A stretch of DNA of 64,000 bases, taken from assembly GCA_964016885.1 (NCBI GenBank), contig OZ024749.1, forward strand, positions 5,828,001 to 5,892,000, given 5' to 3'. Within the stretch, counting starts at the first letter, position 1. Each line of letters starts with the position of its first letter. Below, one piece after another: positions 59,029-64,000 of this stretch. Position numbers and translations under genes: made by a program. This stretch comes from Eledone cirrhosa (Eukaryota). The notes under the pieces are model-generated. The model was not told the DNA's origin. It ran no database searches and was given only the letters and a program-made list of their open reading frames with translations.

Positions 59029-59638
59029 TGTCAGGTCACCAGTTGGTGCTACTGGTAACATGTATTCCAGTACAACCTGTCCCATGGTCGGGTTGTTGGC
59101 GACTAATCTGGCAACCCCACCAAGGTTTCTTGGTGAGAAGGGTGACTTTGGACATCCTGCAGGACCAAAAACAAAATCTGTCAAACGGCAAAGGAGCTCT
59201 TAAGAGTCAATGGCCATCCAAAATCACCGGGAGAGATGACCCCTTAGCCTTTGTCAAGGCAGAATTCTAGGAGAAGGAAAACTCTGATATAACACCTGCA
59301 ACCCTGATGGTATCCAATGATGTTGACTTGTTCTTTTTGGTAAATATCATCTTGGTTAAGAGAGTGGGACTGGCTTTGTGCAGTGCCTTTGCTCACTATA
59401 AAAGCTTCACGGCACAGACATTGCTTTATATCTGGAGATCTCTCTGCACTTGTCGTCACATGGTACCATGGGCCCAGCACTATGTGTCAATAATTGTCAC
59501 AAGTGTAGTGTTTGTACCAGAGCTTTCAAGTCGCTGGCTGGACTAAAAAGTCACACTCGTTCAGCGCATCAGTAGAGGTTCTCCTACATGGATATAAAGT
59601 AGTGGCCGTACTGGAAAACGAGGAGTTGGTAGCCACCA
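59029..59638 (+). mobile_element. 610-bp probable solo LTR in (TA)n
   Basis: tgtcaggtcacc..gccacca; TATAAAAG near 59397; inverted copy at 25299-25908. Confidence 0.65.
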
Positions 59639-59707
59639 TATATATATCTATATATATATATATATATATAATATATAAGATCAAAAGATGTTTAAAAGAG
59701 TTCCAGG

Positions 59708-59778
59708 TATTTTATTATGCGCATTTCAAAAACAAATATCATCATGCAATAATATTTGTGTTTTCATCAGATAAAATA
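59708..59778 (-). ncRNA. Hammerhead ribozyme motif, left arm
   Basis: Exact reverse complement of 59890-59960. Confidence 0.8.
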
Positions 59779-59889
59779 GGAAGACATGATATGAAGGTTA
59801 AAAAACACTTGTGAATAGTGCAGTTTTGATATGTTGATTTAAAAATGCACTATCCACAAGTGTTTTTTAATCTTCATATCATGTCTTCC

Positions 59890-59960
59890 TATTTTATCTG
59901 ATGAAAACACAAATATTATTGCATGATGATATTTGTTTTTGAAATGCGCATAATAAAATA
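59890..59960 (+). ncRNA. Hammerhead ribozyme motif, right arm
   Basis: UAUUUUAU CUGAUGA [AAACACAAAUAUUAUU GCAU GAUGAUAUUUGUUUUU] GAAA UGCGCA UA AUAAAAUA. Confidence 0.8.
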
Positions 59961-60127
59961 CCTGGAACTCTTTTAACCATCTTTTGATCTTATATATTAT
60001 GTATACTCCAGTCCTACATACTGTAGAGTGCTTCTTATCCGATATCTGCATTGCTTTATTTTACTACAATAAAACTCACCTCCTACATATATATATATAT
60101 ATATGTATATACACACATATATATATA

Positions 60128-60272
60128 CTAGCAGAATGGCCCAGCTTTGCTTGGGATTTGCTCTAGGGTTCTTATATATTCTTATATGTTTATCATTATC
60201 GAGCTTCGTGAAATAGATACATTTGTTTATATTTTGTTATTGTGTATGCAAACATATCTGTACACGAATATA

Positions 60273-60349
<77 letters not shown>

Positions 60350-60775
60350 GCTAAAATAACAGATTAAAGTTTAAGCAAAGAATCGCTGCTTTCATCCTTA
60401 ACGGGATCTTCTGAAACTAAAAAGTCAATCTGTGAACACAGAAGTAAATATTTTGAAAAACGTTACACACTATATATATATATACACACACTATATATAC
60501 ATATATACACACACACATATTACGACGTCATAATGTTGTAATTCCGACAGCCAGGCATACAGACAAATATTATAAGGCTGCAATGTTATATCTATGTATC
60601 TATCTTAAAAGAAAGACTAAGAATTATAAAGAGTGATCACTAAATCCCCTAATGCTCAAAACACTCAAAGGACCATAAGTACTATATGTGTAAAGTTTGA
60701 AAACAATCGGCTGGGTGGTTCTCGAGTTTTAGGGAGTCAGACAGACAGACATTCTCTGTTTTATATATACATAGA
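60128..60775 (-). mobile_element. Non-autonomous Helitron (Lep1-like layout)
   Basis: Minus strand begins TC, ends with hairpin (cccagc-ttt-gcttggg) then CTAG, between host A and T; (gaca)n near the 5' end. Confidence 0.7.
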
Positions 60776-61180
60776 TATGATATGACCAATTGATTAAATA
60801 GTTTGTTTCAGAAAGATGAGTTACCAAATTTAATGCAAGTCATGTGTATGGAATTGGGTAGACGGAAACTACGTGGAAGCCCATCAGATTGTCTGTACAT
60901 TTAATTCAAAAAATCAATTTTGTCATATGCATTATTATGCTGCTTCTGCCTGTGAATTCCATCAACAATTCTGTAATCATATTTCTAATGCAATACACTG
61001 TTTTTAAATTACTCAATGAAGAATTTGGGAAGATTATTACAACGGTATATGTCGAAATCCCAATCCAGGGCTTTCTCACACCTGTTGGAGTACCCTTCCT
61101 GGTTGCCATCCACTGCTACTTATCTCTGGCTATACTGATGTATTGTGTCAGATTGTCTCACCATTATACCTTTTGATGAC

Positions 61181-61341
61181 CTCCGTTTTGGATCTTCAAA
61201 ATATTTGTTATTAAATTAAATTCCTTTTTCATTATAACTCCTCCTGCATGCTTATCTTCCATTAATCAAAAATCAGCATGCAGGAGTTTTAATGAAAAAA
61301 TAGTTTAACCTAATAACAAATGTTTGAAGATCCAAAACAGA
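61181..61341. repeat. Inverted repeat, arms about 70 bp
   Basis: gttttggatcttcaaa..tttgttatta..ctcctgcatgct versus agcatgcaggag..taataacaaa..tttgaagatccaaaac. Confidence 0.85.
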
Positions 61342-61515
61342 GAAAGCAGGCTTTGCTAACATCAATTTTTCATATGTGTTATTAAGATCGTTTTTATATA
61401 CATACCAGCTGTGCTTTTCAGACCCTTTTTTATAATTTTATTTATATAACGTTATCTGTATAGAACATTTTCTAACATCCACACTTTTTTTCACCATATG
61501 ATACATGTATATATC

Positions 61516-61678
61516 CTCATCGTTTAACATCCATCTTTTACGCTAGCATGAGTTGGACGGGTTTATCCCACTTGAGGCAAGATTGGTCGGGTGACTGCGT
61601 CTCACTCGTACAGAACTGTTTCTAGCAGGTTTTCTACAGTGGGATGCCCTTCGTAACTCCAACCACATTTAGAGTGTG
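61516..61678 (-). mobile_element. RTE-type 3' UTR fragment
   Basis: catcgtttaacatcc..ggttttctacagtgggatgcccttcgtaactccaacc. Confidence 0.7.
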
Positions 61679-61816
61679 TATATATATATATATAGTAATA
61701 GTTATACTTATATATAGAAATATAAATAGGATAAGGGTAATATTGTATATTACTTGATTACCAGTAAAATAAGTAGCTCAAAGTAAAATATCAGATATAA
61801 TACAGAGCAGAAATAG

Positions 61817-62221
61817 AACATAAATAACAATCAAATTGGGTTTAAGGCATTTAATAGCTTACGGTCGTTTCATCCAGATATAAATCTGTATCCATCAGAG
61901 TATATAAAATGTTAAAACAAATAAATTCCTAATCATTAGGTAATAAAATATTATAATGAAATTTTTATTATAATATTTTATTACTATTTTTTCATTATAA
62001 TTGTTTAATTATAATATTCATTTGCCCCTGCTCCTTAATATATTGCAATTAACAATTATAATTAGTCTTCTGACATATAATGTATCCTGTTAAATGTTCT
62101 AATCATTAGGAATTTATTTGTTTTAACATTTTATATGCTCCAATGATTCCAGACCTATATCTGGATAAAACGATCGTAAGCAATTAAATGCCTTAAACAC
62201 AATTTGATTGTTATTTATGTT
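61817..62221. mobile_element. Foldback (arms about 120 bp) with decayed hammerheads at 61857-61901 (-) and 62136-62182 (+)
   Basis: ACU CUGAUGG AUACAGA..UCUGGAU GAAAC GACC GUA AGC and UGCU CCAAUGA UUCCAGA..UCUGGAU AAAAC GAUC GUA AGCA. Confidence 0.8.
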
Positions 62222-62250
62222 ATTAAACAGAATTTGATTGTTATTTATGT

Positions 62251-62631
62251 CATCATCATCATTTTACATCCACTTCTCCCTGCTTGCAAGGGTGGGACGG
62301 GAACTGATTCTGGCTTGATTTCTACAGCTGAATGCCCTTCCTAACACCAACCTCGTTTACAGTGCGTGCTGGGTGCTTTTTTTCGTGGTACCTACACGTC
62401 CACTTTACAGTGTGGGCTGGGTGCTTTTTTGCCGTAGCACCTCCACGACCACTTTCCAGTGGAATGATAGGGACCCCAGTCTCTATCATCTCATTTCTAC
62501 AGCTGAGTAAATTGGAGCAATGTGAAATAAAGTGTCTTGCTCAAGGAAACAACACATCTCCCGGTCTGAGAATTGAACTCACAACCTTTCGATTGCAAGG
62601 CCAAAGCTCTAACCACTAAGCCATGTGCCTC

Positions 62632-62633
<2 letters not shown>
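62251..62633 (-). mobile_element. Full SINE family 2 with RTE-derived tail and (GAT)n
   Basis: Minus-strand head tggcttagtggttagag..gagttcaattc; tail shared with the RTE 3' UTR. Confidence 0.88.
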
Positions 62634-62703
<70 letters not shown>

Positions 62704-62884
62704 AAGCTGTTCATGTCACATGGTAGCTGAGAGCTGAAACAAAATGTTAAGAGAAGGTGAAGATGCAATAATCCTCAATTCATGGATGAAAAGAAAGAAA
62801 GGCAAATATAGACTTTTACATGAATATTGAATATTTGAGGAAAATTAGGAAAAATATGAAGAACTGCCACACAATAGAAACACA

Positions 62885-63610
62885 CTCACATGAGAAACAC
62901 ACTCACCCTTCTACACACACTCACAAACACACACACATACACACAATATCATGAGAAACACACTCACCCTTCTACACACACTCACATACACAGACACAGA
63001 CACACACATACACACAATATCATGAGAAACACACTCACCCTTCTACACACACTCACATACACAGACACACACATACACACACAATATCATGAGAAACACA
63101 CTCACCCTTCTACACACATTCACATACACAGACACACACATACACACACAATATCATGAGAAACACACTCACCCTTCTACACACGCTCACATACACAGAC
63201 ACATACACACACATACACACAATATCATGAGAAACACACTCACCCTTCTACACACACCCACATACATAGACACACACAGACAGACACAATATCATGAGAA
63301 ACACACTCACCCTTCTACACACACCCACATACATAGACACATACAGACAGACACAATATCATGAGAAACACACTCACCCTTCTACACACACCCACATACA
63401 CAGACAGACACAATATCATGAGAAACACACTCACCCTTCTACACACACTCACATACACAGACACACACATACACACACAATATCACGAGAAACACACTCA
63501 CCCTTCTACACGCACCCACATACATAGACACACACAGACAGACACAATATCGTTAAAAACACACTAACTCTTCTACACACACCCACACACTCACACACAC
63601 ACATACACAC
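62885..63610. repeat. Minisatellite of about 60-70 bp, about 10 copies
   Basis: acaatatcatgagaaacacactcacccttctacacacac core with CA-rich linker. Confidence 0.93.
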
Positions 63611-63947
63611 ATGCAGGTGAATTAGGGTGTTCAAATATACTTAATGCACTTGACAATGTTATCTCATTTCTTATCAAATACGCAAATTGGATATTGTTTC
63701 CTGCATAAATTACTATCATTAGTATGACACCCCTCCCCCATAACACCCACCTACCACCCACTTCTAGTATTCACCAGCAAGACTACTAATGTAGATTGTG
63801 TTAGAATTTTCAACAAAAAGCTATACATGTGAATATATATGTGTATATGTGTATATATATATATGTATATATATATATGTATATATATATGTATATATAT
63901 ATATGTATATATATGTGTATATATATATGTATATATATATATGTATA

Positions 63948-64000
<53 letters not shown>

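Larger units (their letters stand above)
59668..60000. mobile_element. Young near-perfect foldback (arms about 158 bp, spacer about 15 bp)
   Basis: Only about 3-4 mismatches between the arms. Confidence 0.92.

Overview
AT-rich eukaryotic DNA dominated by repeats, with no recognisable host protein-coding exon. Most ORF-track entries are translations of (TA)n, (CA)n, (CCA)n or (ACT)n microsatellites. The SINE types and microsatellite load look cephalopod (octopus-like), which is an inference. Real coding remnants are all retroelements: an uninterrupted 681-codon RT plus restriction-like endonuclease ORF in a (TAA)n cluster, RTE, Tx1/L1 and CR1 LINE fragments, and two Penelope-like (PLE) GIY-YIG endonuclease fragments. 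There are also two tRNA-derived SINE families, three copies of a probable solo LTR, Helitron-like elements and several TE-derived minisatellites. The strongest hidden signal is non-coding: about 18 minimal type I hammerhead ribozyme (HHR) motifs, intact or decayed, from several families. They lie near (TA)n tracts and are often paired in the arms of long inverted repeats. One lineage appears to carry a non-canonical CCGANGA core. All coordinates and folds were read by eye, so element boundaries are approximate.
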